Assembly: GCA_964304625.1 (NCBI GenBank)
Contig: OZ199840.1
Span: forward strand, 5,073,200-5,137,199
From: Kudoa neothunni
Taxonomy: Eukaryota; Animalia; Cnidaria
Reading direction: 5' to 3'
Length of the DNA stretch: 64,000 nucleotides
Shown here: positions 42,750 through 56,235 of the stretch, piece by piece
Layout: each line of letters starts with the position of its first letter
Position numbering within the stretch: position 1 is the stretch's first letter
Notes under the pieces: generated by a model
The model's input: only the letters and a program-made list of their open reading frames with translations
Databases searched by the model: none
Told to the model about the DNA's origin: nothing
Translations under genes and position numbers: made by a program

Positions 42750-43200
42750 CCAATTTATGGGAACATGTTGACTTTAAAATTAGATGAATAACCCAATAAA
42801 ATTTGGGAAGAAGAAATAATCGTCCTAATAGAAGAATCCATCATCTCAAAAAAAATACGGTGTAGAAAAACTTTTATAGGATCGATAATATTAAATAATA
42901 GATGGAATCGATGAAGAATGAGTCAATTCTTAAACATTAAAAAGATTTGGCACAAGGTAAGTTCTTGAAAATGTTATTTTAGATCATGTCAAGTTGGGTT
43001 CGACCTTACTGACGGACGATTGGCGTGGTTACAACAATTTAAGATATTAAAGATTAATCCATTGAACTTATATCCATTAAAGATAGTTAGTTTCACTCAT
43101 ATTAAGTTATACAATTCGTATAGAATATACATGAGGAACATTCAAGCGAAAGTACCTGAATTCCATTAATAAGATACCCTAGAGTCTCGGTGACTATATA
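42750..43200 (+). mobile_element. Merlin (ISXO2/IS1595-like) transposase remnant
   Basis: ILDHVKLGSTLLTDDWRGYNNL (~42975-43045) followed by YTIRIEYT*GTFKRKY, matching the GS-I-TD-W-GY ... HTN-IE--W--LK pattern. Confidence 0.65.
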
Positions 43201-43405
43201 TCTGATTAACTATTTAAAATAAAATATTAAAAAGAAATTGAATTCTCCATCTAAAAATAAAATGAATATAGTTGCAATTTAAAAATATATCCGATTTTCC
43301 TGTGCGTGCAAAAATTTCGTCCGAAGATTACACATATACCATAATTTAGGGAAATTTTCTGATGAATAAATGTTCCATTATTGATAAAACAAAAGAGTTC
43401 ATTTA

Positions 43406-44312
43406 TTATATATTATAACGTAATTTTATATTTTTTAGGATTAATCTTCTGAGACGATTTTCTGTGTGTAGAATTATTTGTGATGTATTATTCTCATCCC
43501 CATTAAATAGAGAACTTGTACCTAGGAGTATGTTATACATATATTTCAAAATATTTCTAAAACGCACAAAATAAACAAACACCTTTTCTTATGCGTCTGT
43601 GAAAACAAAATTTTCTTTTGCACATTTTTCCTTTGATAACCCTTAAACAAATCTCGAAATACAACTAAAAAAATTGGTATAATTTAAAAAAAAATATATT
43701 TAAAATTTTTAATACATTGTCATCGTTAAAATTTGTTAGACACATTAAAAAGAAAACATTCTAAACCAATATTATTAATAAAATAATTCATTAAAGATTA
43801 CGATGCAAGGCATGCAAGTGTCTGGTATATTCAATGCTACAACTATAAAATATATAAACAACATTTTTTATTCCTAAATAATTTAAATACTTAAATTTCG
43901 AAGGCAACTAGCGTAATATGAACATAATTGGTTGGGGTTCAGGAATTCATTTATGAATGTTCCTAATTCACCTTCTGCTTTATCAATGGTGCTGTCCTAA
44001 ATTATTAGGTGATAAAACAATTTACATAAATATTATGATTACCAAATTTTCTTCATTTGTACGATAGGCGTTTCTTAAAATTTCAAGACTGTTCAATAGT
44101 TGATATCGAGTTTCCCTTGTATATGAATACTAAAGAAATTATTGAATTTCAATCCAAAAACAACTTGGGCCGTAAGGTTGTTTTTAGTAACCTCGTATGC
44201 ATCAGATATATTCATTGTGCCTTCGTAAATATGAAATCATTCAAATATATTACGAATCAAATAAATATAAATACAGAAGCAATTAAATAAAAAAAAAAAT
44301 AAAGAAGTTCAT
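43406..44312 (-). CDS. G8: family member (one-base shift in an 11-T run of exon 1 as assembled)
   Basis: Exons 2-8: CTMNISDAYEVTKNNLTAQ|YSYTRETRYQLLNSLEILRNAYRTNEENL|DSTIDKAEGELGTFINEFLNPNQLCSYYASCLRNL|IVALNIPDTCMPCI|NVFFLMCLTNFNDDN|LYFEICLRVIKGKMCKRKFCFHRRIRK|GTSSLFNGDENNTSQIILHTENRLRRLILKNIKLRYNI*. Exon 7 may contain compensating indels. Confidence 0.82.
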
Positions 44313-44767
44313 TTTATGAATATTTTCTAATATTTAATGACAATTTATATTTATCAAGCGATTAAATAGGATATTAAAATTATTTATTCGAAAATATTTT
44401 GATTTATTTTATTAGAAAAAATTAATATTATATATTGCGATTATTTTTGTAAATTTTAAATATTAATTTTACCATATATATTTTATACCTTAATTTATAA
44501 GTTAAAAATTATATGATGGAGTTTATTTTTAAATTATTAAGTTTTTTTTACGTAAGTTTTAGATAAGAATTAATTAGATACTTAAATATAAATTTAATAT
44601 TTATACTTAAGTGCAAGTATACGAATAAAATCATCAATTTTTAATTTATGAGAATAAAAAAAATAAGACGTTAATTTTTTTTTTCTGAAAACTATATCAT
44701 ATTTATTTATTGTATTAAGATAAAATTGAACAAAAATAATTCATAAGTTATATTATATAGAATAATA

Positions 44768-45873
44768 TTAACCCTTCAAGTAAAATGGGTTAGAAACCAA
44801 TCTCACGTGATGTTTGAAGTCATTTTTTTTACCCGATGGATTAAATATAAATGGTCCAAATGCAGTATAATCATGTAACCATTTTTATAATATAAATATA
44901 AGGAATAAAATAGCTTTATCAATTAGATATAAAAAAGTTACTTCAATAATACCTTCTAGGTAAATATGGGGTAGAAAGAATCGACCCCAAGATTTTTTTT
45001 TAGAATTAATCTATTTATTATAACAAATTATTTATTACAAAATAGTGTTAGTCAATTCTATTGAATCGATTTTGAGTAAATCAAGAAAAATTATTATTAA
45101 GGCTCATGTGCGTTTGCTCTCCTCTCGGTTATGTGCAACATGTTCCTGCGAATATTTGGATAATTGCTCAGAATCGACTCATCGGAAATTTATTATAACC
45201 TGTTAATGAATTATCTTCATATGGATGCGATTTTGATATAAATCTTCAAGTCGATTGTCTTATTGACACGACTGGAACATTATGTGAGACTAAGACTCCG
45301 CTATCTATTCGACCATCAGCTGAAAACACGTCGCATAATCTGGTCGTTGTTGCCCCTTGTATAAAACAGAATATTAACGCGATGGTCGATACTACTTGGA
45401 CATTTTTCAATCAACAAATTTAAGATATAAATACTGCCCATAAATGTGGCGTTTTCTTAGAGCTTTGTTATAACAAACATTTTTGGTAAGTTTGATGAAT
45501 ATTTTTCAAGAAATTAGACAGTTTTCTTGTTATTATTGTAACTTTTTTGTTTAAATATTACATTTTTAATTCGCAATAATCATTTAAAAATTCTTTTCCG
45601 TTGAAATAATATTTTTAGTAAAAACGAGAGATTTATTGTTGATAAGGCAAGGGTTTGTGTCAAAAACCGCTTAATATTTAAGCACATATGCATGCGCGAC
45701 AGTTTTTTATAATGTTTCTTGATTTATTCAAAAATTAATAGATAGGATTTATTAAAACTGTTCGAGATTAAATAACTTTATATTTTAAACTGTTTTAATA
45801 AAAAAATCTGTGGTAGAATGCTACCCCATTTTTACTTGGAAAGTGTAAACTTCCGTGTGACTTAAAGGGTTCA
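44768..45873. mobile_element. ~1.1 kb non-autonomous piggyBac-type element
   Basis: TTAA-CCCTTCAAGT ... ACTTAAAGGG-TTCA ends; CAAGTAAAA(A)TGGG(G/T)TAG occurs inverted near both ends and in related form at ~44960. Confidence 0.65.
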
Positions 45874-47781
45874 AGAATCAATTTTAGCATTAGATGAACT
45901 ATTAAAAAATATTAACTATTCATTAAAAATAGTATTTATAATTTTTATCCTTTTATACATTAACATATAAATGAAATTGTTTATTTGTCAATTTTTTAAT
46001 TTTGATTAATGTTAATTGAAATATTCGTGGATATAATGAAAATATTTGGGGTTAAGTTCATGTTTGTTTTTATTTTATTTTAAATTAATTTATGAGATTA
46101 ATTTAAAAAATAATTATTCTATTATTAAATATTAATGCCCATAATTTATCATTATTTAGTCCATTATTTAAAAAAATTTAATTGAGTTATATTAAACAAT
46201 TCCCAAAATATTCTTTAATATTTTTATTTTTAAATTATAATAAAAATAAAATTATGACAAATTAAAGGTCGACGATCTTTTCGAATGAGGTGCAGAACAG
46301 ACATTCTTAAATCTAAAACAAGTAAGTACTAAAATTAATTTATAAAAATTATTCTTAATTCAAATTTTGAATTTAAATAGATAAATAAAAATTTATAAAA
46401 GTCTTTTAAAGTATAAAAATAAGGCGAATAGAACGTATTATATTCCAATAATTTTCACTTCCAATTTGATCATCCTGTAAATTACTTGTCGTAGAAATAT
46501 TTATTTGACCACACCAAATAACATGATATTTACTTATGTGTCTTTTCAAAAATAATTCATACTTTATAGAAATAATTTTAACGTTATTTTAACAGTCATA
46601 TGTATTTCGGTTTCTTCATTAAATAAAAATCAATTCTAGTTATTGAAAATATTCATATCGACAACATATTAACATTTGGAAAAGTTATCTATAAAAAAAT
46701 TAAATATCATTTAGATACTTTAGATATCAAGGAAAATTTGTCTCAGTCAATGCATAGGGGACCGGATGGATAAAACTGACGCGCCGTAGATAGTTCGCTG
46801 CTATTATAAATAATCAATGCTACATACAAGTTTTCTTTAAAAAATTATAACTTTTACGTAAAATAGTTGATGATTCAGCATTTAAAAATATTTTTATTAT
46901 GTAAATAATATTTATTAATAATAACAAAAATTTCACAAAATATTGTATGAAAGGTTGAAATACAAATGATTTAAAATATTTTTTGTCAACTTTAATACTG
47001 GTCCTAATATAAATAATTAAATAGAGAAAATAACAATTAAAATATAGTGTAAGTTTAAAAATCCAAACGAACAATGTTTAAACTAAAGAATTCATTATTT
47101 TTCTTAATTCTTATTTCATTCTAAGATTACTTTAGTTTGTTTTAAAATTTGAGAGTGGTCATCATTCAAACTAATAAATTTACAAGGTATTTCATTTTAT
47201 TATCACCTCATAAAATTGTATAATTGATTAAATCACTATGAAAATTCTCATTCTTTACGTGTTTCAAAAAATTTCACTAAATAATAATAATATAATTGAT
47301 TTTATTTATTAATTTTGATTAAATAATTTTATATAATTTTTTATATATCGCCATATTATAAATAAGATAAAATTTGAATTAAATATTCTTATAATCTATA
47401 CACATTTAAAAAATCAATTTAAAAAAATCAACTATTTCTCATAATGAAAATAATGTTCATTATTAGGTAATTAAAAAATACGTAATTTAATGTAATTTAT
47501 CCGCCAAAAAAATAATAATTTTAATTATTAATGTTTTGTAATAAAGCAAGAGCTATTTTATTCAGTTTCTAATATTTAATTAAATAAATAACTGTGTTTC
47601 ACTAAATTACTTGAACGTAATTTAAAATTACATATATACAATATCATTTTTTAATCAAAAATTGAATTTATAGCATAAATAATAATCTATAATTTCATGG
47701 TTTCATATTTTATTATTTAAATTATTCATTAATAAAATATTTATATAAACTTTTAATAATCCAAAAATACATTAGCCATAC

Positions 47782-48484
47782 CTAAGTCTTTAGGATAGCA
47801 ATACTTATCTTTAGTGCACTTTTGTTTCCGAAATCATTTTACATGCAAGCTCATATATCTAATTTATGCAAAATCGTATCATCATTTGTGTACATTCCCT
47901 TTAACTTACGGGAGCATTTTCGAATTTAGAAATACATTTGAGAAAGAATGATTGCTAAAAATATTTTATTCTTATATAATCAAAAGATATATTACAATGC
48001 ATGGCATGCAAGTATATGGTATATTCCAGAGCCTAACTATTTATTTAAAATAGTTTTAATAAGATATACAATTATATATACTTAAATTTGCTACACATCT
48101 GGCATAATAGGAGCATAACTGATTTGGTTTCGGGAAAATCGTTTACAAACATTACCACGTCACCCATAGCTTTATCAATCACAATATCCTAGAATATTTA
48201 TAATAAAAAACCATCATAAAGAAATTACTAAATTTTCCTTGTTTAAGTGATAAGCCATTTTTATAATTATTAATGAATCCAATAATATATCCTTAGCTTC
48301 TCTTCCCAAATAGTACTATGACCATTAATTGAATTAGAAATATATCATTACTTTATTCGTAAAGATTGTTTTTTATTAATGTTGTTTGGTGTAATTGCAA
48401 CAATTATGACTAATTAGTATTTTTAAAATTCAAAATAAGCAATTTACATGTGAGTTGTAAATAATATAAAACGATGGACCACAT
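47782..48484 (-). pseudogene. G9: family member with homopolymer frameshifts as assembled; exon 8 unresolved (lies below 47700)
   Basis: MWSIVLYYLQLT|FIIVAITPNNINK(NNLTNK)|YYLGREAKDILLDSLIIIKMAYHLNKENL|DIVIDKAMGDVVMFVNDF(PKPNQLCSYYARCVANL)|IRLWNIPYTCMPCI|QSFFLKCISKFENAP|IYELACKMISETK(CTKDKYCYPKDL). Bracketed parts need removal of extra bases in homopolymer runs. Confidence 0.8.
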
Positions 48485-48595
48485 TTTTAAGACAAAAGTA
48501 TTATCGAGCATAACACCTATATATAAAGAGGGGTAGTTAAGATAATTCTGTTAGAATCAACATAAATATCTAGATAATATTATAAGATAAATCAT

Positions 48596-50010
48596 TTATC
48601 CCTTCCGGTACCAACTGGGGTATTTGAGGGATCCCACATTATCTATTTTGTTTCTAAATCCAAATATCAGCTTCTGATAGTCTTCAAAGTTTGATTTATC
48701 TCTAATACTATTATTTCGATATTTTAATCAAAAGGAGTTTTTTATAATATAATTAATTCGAATGAATAGATTCCAAAATCATACTACAGTTAATTTTGAA
48801 TGTATATGATTATTTTCTAATGTTACATATTTGTTTTATAAATATTAAAAATAGCCTTATCATTCGAAAAATTTAATATTCTCCGTGGTATTGCGTGAAA
48901 AAAAGGTGTAACTTTCTAAATATTACTGCTAATGGATTAACGAGGATTTATCCGACTAAGCCTTGCACGTAACCTTTCTTGCGGACATTGAGATAACTTT
49001 TAAATTACTTTTTTGATGTAACCGTAATATTTAGTATGAGAATTGATCAAACTATTGAATAACATTGGATGTTGAAAAAATTATTATAGATTTTTCCTCG
49101 GTAATTAATGATAGCTGCTCAGAATATGAAATATCTGAATCAGATGATTGAGTTATTAGTGATATAGACATTGATGAAGACTTTGAAAGTGACCTTAATT
49201 TCGCTTAAATAGACCCCAATAATGATTCTATTTTTCCTTCTCAATCTGATCTTGAATGACCCAAAAGAATTAGTTCGAAAACTAAATCACATAACATCGT
49301 TACTTCACCATCAGGCACTTTAGAAGAAACCAAAAATATAACGTCCATTTTTTATGCCTTTGAGTTGTTTATCTCGAAAGACATAAATGATGAGATAGTA
49401 AAATACACCGACAAATATAATGAAGAAACTAAACCAGAGAAACACGCAACAATATCTAAAGATGAAATAAAAGCATTTATAGGCGTAATTATTGCTACTG
49501 GTCGTTCATATGGTAAGATGCTTGCACATAGGAATATGCGGGATGGTAGTCCATTGTCCAAATAATTATTCTTCTCCACAGTAATGCCCAGAAACAGGTT
49601 CACTTATATTTATAGATAAATCCATTTCGATGATAAAACAAATAGAATTTATCGGTTTCAAACTACAAATGACAAATATGAACCTAGTCTTCAAGGTATT
49701 TAATGAAAATTGCCTAAAGTATTATTCATCAGGCACGCATATTACGGTCGACGAAAGGTTAGGGTTGGTATGGTTTCGGAGTAAATGCCCATTTTGTGTA
49801 TATATGAATAGCAAGCCCGGACGATTTGGAATCGAACTTTGGGTGGCTGCAGACACGGAAACGTCATACCTACTGAAGCTTCAGCCTTATACTGGAAAGG
49901 TTGGTGGAATAAAGATAAATAATCAGTGCTAGAGATGTTCCAACTGTTTCAAATCTGTTTGCACAAAACAAATGGGAAAAAGATACATTATTTATTGTTT
50001 TGATTGTACC
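48596..50010 (+). mobile_element. Internally deleted piggyBac related to the element at 29989
   Basis: TTAT-CCCTTCCGGTAC end. ORFs 49365-49565 and 49630-49932 (FNENCLKYYSSGTHITVDERL...KPGRFGIELWVAADTETSYLL) closely match 31420-31848, then jump to RCSNCFKSVCTKQ. Right end not found. Confidence 0.88.
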
Positions 50011-51667
50011 GATTCTTTGGAACCAATCTTATTAATATGTTTTTTTTATTTGAAATATGCTTGCAGCTTATAAATTATACGAACATTTTTATAAGAAAAT
50101 GAATAAAATATATTATTCATTTTGCGATCTCTGATACATTAATATTTATGTTATTACAATTATAATTTATCCATATTTTTAGCAATAACATTTATAAATA
50201 TAGAATTAAGCACACCGTTATTTAAATGCAAACAGTAAGCTTTTATATTGATTTTAACTATAGAATTGAACATTACTTTAAATATATTTTCTTTAATGAT
50301 TTACTGAACTCACTACACAAAATGCTCTAATGGTATTTCATTATTAGCGGTAATACGAAATATAATTTGTAGATATGTAATAATAGAGATATAAATTTAA
50401 TCTATAAATCAAATATATATATATATATATATAATAACAAATATAATTACTTAATATTATAAAAACATAGTTATGCATATTTTAGCAGATTACATTAACT
50501 GAACCAGATTAAACATAATAGATACAATCAGAGGTAATATGATGGACGTTACTATGCATTAAACACAATTTCTGATGTTTGATTTTTAATTAAAGAAACC
50601 TTTATTAGTAAAAAATTAAAATATTTATTTAACCTTAATCATAACAAAACGTAAAACACGAAATTTATAGCCGCAACATTAGAAATTTCAATAGCTCAAA
50701 TTTTCTCCAAAACAGTTTATTTTATTAGGCCAAAAATCATTAATTATAAATGTAAATATCAAGTTTTACGTGAATTTGCAGAGTTGGAGTTATTCCCTCC
50801 CGTAGCAATAAACATCCCCCGCATGCGGATTATTCGGATCCTTAGCAAAAGCCACTGACTTATTACTTATTATAATGTTGTGATACTTTATAAATATGAA
50901 TCTGATGAGAGGTTTTGGTGAGCCCATTTCGGATGAAATTTAAGATTAACTTGTTCCACTTACAAAGAAATTATAAAGTAGTTCTTTAATGTCCGTATTG
51001 ATTTTTTGACCCGGCTTTCTCCATTCTTTTTGAGTATATGTATTGGGAATTTCTCTATTATCTAATTTAGAGATCTTAGAGAAAGCAATGCGATCCCTCA
51101 TATAATAATTCAACCGACGTATTAAATGTCTTAATTTTATTAATCAACTGTAAAAAAATAAATGACTTATATAGGTACTTTCTGCATTTAAAAGTTACAA
51201 AAAATAATATTGAGGTGTTGAGTATTAATTTAAATATATTGAAGGGTGTTAAGATTATAATTTAATGCAATTTGTTATAATTTTTTTAAATCATTAATTT
51301 TACATCAGAAAATTTAAAAAATAAAAAATTATGTGAGTAATGAAATTAAATTAAAAACATTTATTTAACAAAGTAATAATAACAAAATCGGTTAATAAAT
51401 TTCGTCGATTATTGCTTTTAAAAATTTTAATGAAAAATTAAACTTTTTATTAAATTTAAAATCCAATTTGTAATTAAAAATAAGAATATAATAAAAATTT
51501 AAATATTAATTCTTAGGTATATTTTATTTATAAATCAACCATTTAATATTATATGGAAATAAGTGCTTTTAACATAATTCGAGATATGAGGCACAACTTA
51601 GGAAACGAATGAAACGATTTGAAAAGTAATCAATTATATAACGTCAGAGTTAATATTAAATCTGAAT

Positions 51668-52628
51668 TTAAAATGAAAATGATATTTTTTGGACTTTTAA
51701 ATGATTTATATTAGGTGATGTAGGACTTTTGGAGCCGCCATTTTGGGGAATGCCTGAATTCCATCCTATCAAATTAAAATATAAAACAATAATGCAATAT
51801 AAATTATGTTGTAATATGTTACATAAATTTAGTTTTATTGTAAGAATAAATATTACTTAATGTTTCGTGTTTGGGAGGTGTGAATACTGCTATTTGTTCA
51901 CTAGTACACATTCCTGCAACTTTGCACTCACGTTTAGAATTATAAACACAGATAGCCTCAAACTAAAATATTTTAAAATATATTACACAATAATATATTA
52001 TTTTTTATAAATTTTTGTATTAAAGTTGTCAATATATATAAAGAATAATGTTATTTATACCATCGCCCCTATCTGAATACAATTTTTGTAGAAAATTATC
52101 TATAAAAAATTGAATATTCTATTTTTAGAAATAGGAATACCACGCAAGGGACACAAGTAACTTTCGGATATAGCGATATTACTAAATTGGATATTCAATT
52201 AATATTATTATAAAATCATCATCTGTTATTAAGTAAAATACATTCTTGATCTTGACATTCACCATATCGCTCACAAATTTCATTAAGTCTAGGGTACTGA
52301 TTTATAAATATCGTCAAATCATTTCTAGCTTCATCGCAAAATGGCTTCTTCAAAGAAATTAAATCAATCAATAAATTTCTTAAACCTTGTCAAATAGTGG
52401 ATACACTTGCATATGTTCAATTTCGTTTATCGATATCAATATTATATTTTGAATCCCTTCGGATAATGTGAGCTAGAGTTTTAAATATTTTTTTGAAAAA
52501 AAGTAAATAAAATAAACCTGAGAATAATAAATATTAAAATAGCACGTTAATGCTAAATTTAATATTAAATTCTTATGATGGAATATTCATCAATAACCTA
52601 ACAGAGTAACGAAAATATTTTCCAACAT
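51668..52628 (-). CDS. G10: putative secreted Cys-rich protein of the 8-exon family
   Basis: Spliced: MLENIFVTLL|ALTCYFNIYYSQ|LTLSEGIQNIILISINEIEHMQVYPLFDK|KPFCDEARNDLTIFINQYPRLNEICERYGECQDQE|LISLYPKVTCVPCV|IIFYKNCIQIGAM|FEAICVYNSKRECKVAGMCTSEQIAVFTPPKHETL|RWNSGIPQNGGSKSPTSPNINHLKVQKISFSF*. Confidence 0.92.
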
Positions 52629-55600
52629 ATAATTCTGAAATATCTTCAATATATTATCTTTATCATACGATTTTACCCTTAAATACTCGACAAATTTTTG
52701 TTTATAATTTAATAAAGTGATTAGATCATTTAGTTGTACTAAATATAAAAATTATAATTAATGTATCTTTTTATATAATGATTATTTTTATAATACTATA
52801 CTAATTAAGATAAAATCATAGATTTTAATATTATATTTATATTAATCGACTTTAAGGAAATAATATCTCTTATCCAAATAGAACTAAAAAAATTGATTTC
52901 ATTTGATATAATTAATAAATTCTGATTATTTCGCTTAGTCCAATATTATATCTATTAATTTAAAAACCCATACTTATCAAATGACAAACCATATCATCAA
53001 AATTTATGATACTACAAAATTAAATAATTATTTCTCTATAATTAATTAAAATTTGATGTGTATTATTTCTGTTAGTTTGAATTAAATGTAAATTCACTAA
53101 ATTTTATCCAAAAAAAATCATTCATATATTTTATTAATATGTTATGATGATAACAATATTTTAATATGAAATTAATGAAATTTTACATAACCATCCCCAA
53201 TATATTAGGATAATTAAACGGGAATACATTATAGACATTATATTCAATTATATTTGTAGACAAGAATTTTTTAAAATAAAATAATAAAAAAAGACATTAC
53301 ATATTATTAATATTTATAATTAATTTATAAACAAAGTATAGTTTAAATTTATGTGTTGTGCGCACAATTTACAATTGGCGCCCAAGTATATCTTGTTTAC
53401 CACCTGGGAAATTAATGTCGAAATATTTTCATTCGTTTATAACTAATTTAAAGCAACTTTAAAATATTTCGAAGACATTATATCTTCATGATACCTGACA
53501 TATCATGTTTGATTCTTTGTTATCGAAGGTAATTGATCGACTTAGTAACTACAATTTAAATATCTTAAAATACCAAAATAAATTTTTGTCATAAATTAGA
53601 AATGATTTATAAAGATTTTAATTACCGAAAAACCAATTTAAATTAGGATTTATTAATACATATTGAAAAAAACTAGAATACCTTTAAATAAAATAACACA
53701 ATGGTGGATTCAGATCATCCTTAGGCTCTAGTAAAACCTTAACCTTATTATCAATCTCACGTCATGAGTGAATCGATAAACGAAATCCGAACACGCATAA
53801 GTATATATATATATATATTATTACAATAAGTCATTAGTTGTACTACGGGAAGACAGAAAGCTAAAAATCACGAAAAAACAACTATTTTAATTAGAAGACG
53901 TTAATACTATAATATTTTATCATTATTATGTATACATTTTTATTTTTTTATAATCACTTCATGCCATTTTATTAGAACTAAAATTTGTAAAATAACGTGT
54001 TGTATGAACTAATTTATATTAAATAAATTAAAGTTTAACTAAATTACAGTATTCCACTTAGGTGAAACTATAATTTTACTATATGGGATGGAAGAGAATA
54101 TTTTTTGAAATATTTACGACTAATATGGTTAATTGATATTTATATACGAGCGAATAAATAAGGTATTTATAAAAATAATTTCAATTAAATAGGTATAATA
54201 CAAAACTACAATGGGTAAAATTCGCTGTAGTTTTTAATATTATCAATGATTTCACCCAGCATGAGTTTTTGCGGATTCGGTTGAATGGCTGTGGACAGAT
54301 AGCCCCGTTGGGTGGTAAACGATCTCAATATCCCGATGTATTCGGTTTGATTCCTAATGCTGATCAGTGAATTGTTTTAGCAGGAATACCTCCATGCCCC
54401 GATGGAAACAGTTGTTAGATTGATATTACAATATAAGTGTAATTTCGTCTGAAATTATAGCTCTATATTTTGACCTAGCATTTAAAGTTTAATTAAGCGT
54501 TTGAATCGTCGGGTATTCACATTAACTGACTAGAAATCTCAGTAGGGTCAAAATCTATATGCATAGGGTTTGGAGTTGTGTTCAGCCCTGTGAGCGAATA
54601 CGTTTAATTTGTTAAAATTCACTCTTTTTAAGGAAAATAAATTGCGAGGGGGTAGAACAATTTATCATGTGATATCATCAGAATTCATGAAGGTGACATA
54701 GCCACCCCTAATTCCTCAACTTAGTAAGTTGCATGAGAATTCTTACTTATTAACCCTCTAAGGATTTCGTTTGTATTACACCCCAAACCACGTTTAGTGT
54801 GGACATAAAATTTTACAACGTTCTCATAGAAAATTAATACTTACGCTATTCTTCTATATTTATTAAACGTACCACAAAGCAAAAACTTGGTTAAAATATA
54901 AATTCAGATCATGCCCAAAAAATTTCAATCCTCAAACGAGCTGGGGGTGAAAAATTCCACATGGTTATTGCTTTATTAACTTTAAAAATTATAAATAATT
55001 AATGGAGAAACTTCTGTGTAATTCATTTTTTGTCATAAATATAAATATTTTCATATGTTTTGTAAAAATTAAAAAAAAATAATGTCATTTATTTATAATC
55101 TCCATTATATAACTTTGTAGTTAAATATAATTCTTTGGATTTGTGAATTAAAAAAAAATGAAAATGGCAAAAATCAATTGTCAATAGAAGGCTAAATATG
55201 ATAAAATTAAGTTATAAAATTAAAAATGAAGAGAATAAAACTATATTTTAGTTGAAACACAATTTTCGATTTATTTCGTTGATACTTATTAAAATATAAA
55301 TTTTTATGATAGCCGTATATAATGAGAAATTTTTAACCATCTAGATTTAATAGTGAAAATTGTAGTTATTAATTTTCTCTTAAATTATTTCATACTTTTC
55401 TATTTTGTTCTTAATAAATTAATAATTCGACTTATAAATATTAATTTTTTTTCTATTTTATAACTTTTGGAAACGATGTAATATTAAATTAACCAAAAAT
55501 AGTGATTTTAGAATTTATAATAGTAACATTATTAATAATTGTTCATCACGAGGTAAAGAAAATTTTTTTTAAGTATTCTTTTATTAAAATTAAAACTAAC

Positions 55601-56235
55601 TTGATTTTAAAAAATTCAAAATTCAAATTTAATAATTTTATGTTTAAAAATAGAATTTTTTTTAAATAAAACGTAATATCAAATATGTCAAACAAAATCA
55701 ATGAATTAACATAAAATTTTAAGATACGCAAAGAAATATAGAAAAAAATAATTTTGAAACAAAATTATATATAAAATTAAAATAAAAAATATATATAATA
55801 TCTATTCTTATTAGGTAGCAATATTTGTATTAGAAATTATAAGTAATTTATTTATAATAATCTTGTTATTTACACCGTGTATTTAATATAAATATAATTT
55901 ATATCAAATATTTTTAGAATCTGAGTATGAATCTTCTTTACTGCAAATAGTATATGATTTTATAAATATTCATTGACACGATTGGTGTATTATAAAAATA
56001 TCAGATGAATTATTCAATCAGAAATTTATAATTGAATAATAATGATATTATATATGTATATATTCATCTTCATTTAATGTATTATAAAATCATGGAATAA
56101 TTATTTAAATTAAATTAACGCAAAAATATAATATATAATTAGTTTTCGGATTCGAGATACATATCAAAGACAAATGAACTAAGTAATGATTGAATTTGTA
56201 AATAATGTGATATATTTTTTGGTGTAGATAATGTT

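Noticed and set aside
53376-54700. LTR retrotransposon (TGGCGCCCA resembles a primer-binding site; higher-GC stretch at 54250-54700)
   Set aside because: No paired LTRs and no recognisable gag, protease, RT or integrase motif.
54750-54962. piggyBac-like end TTAA-CCCTCT with CACCCC/GGGGTG motifs
   Set aside because: No matching second end found; too little evidence to call an element.
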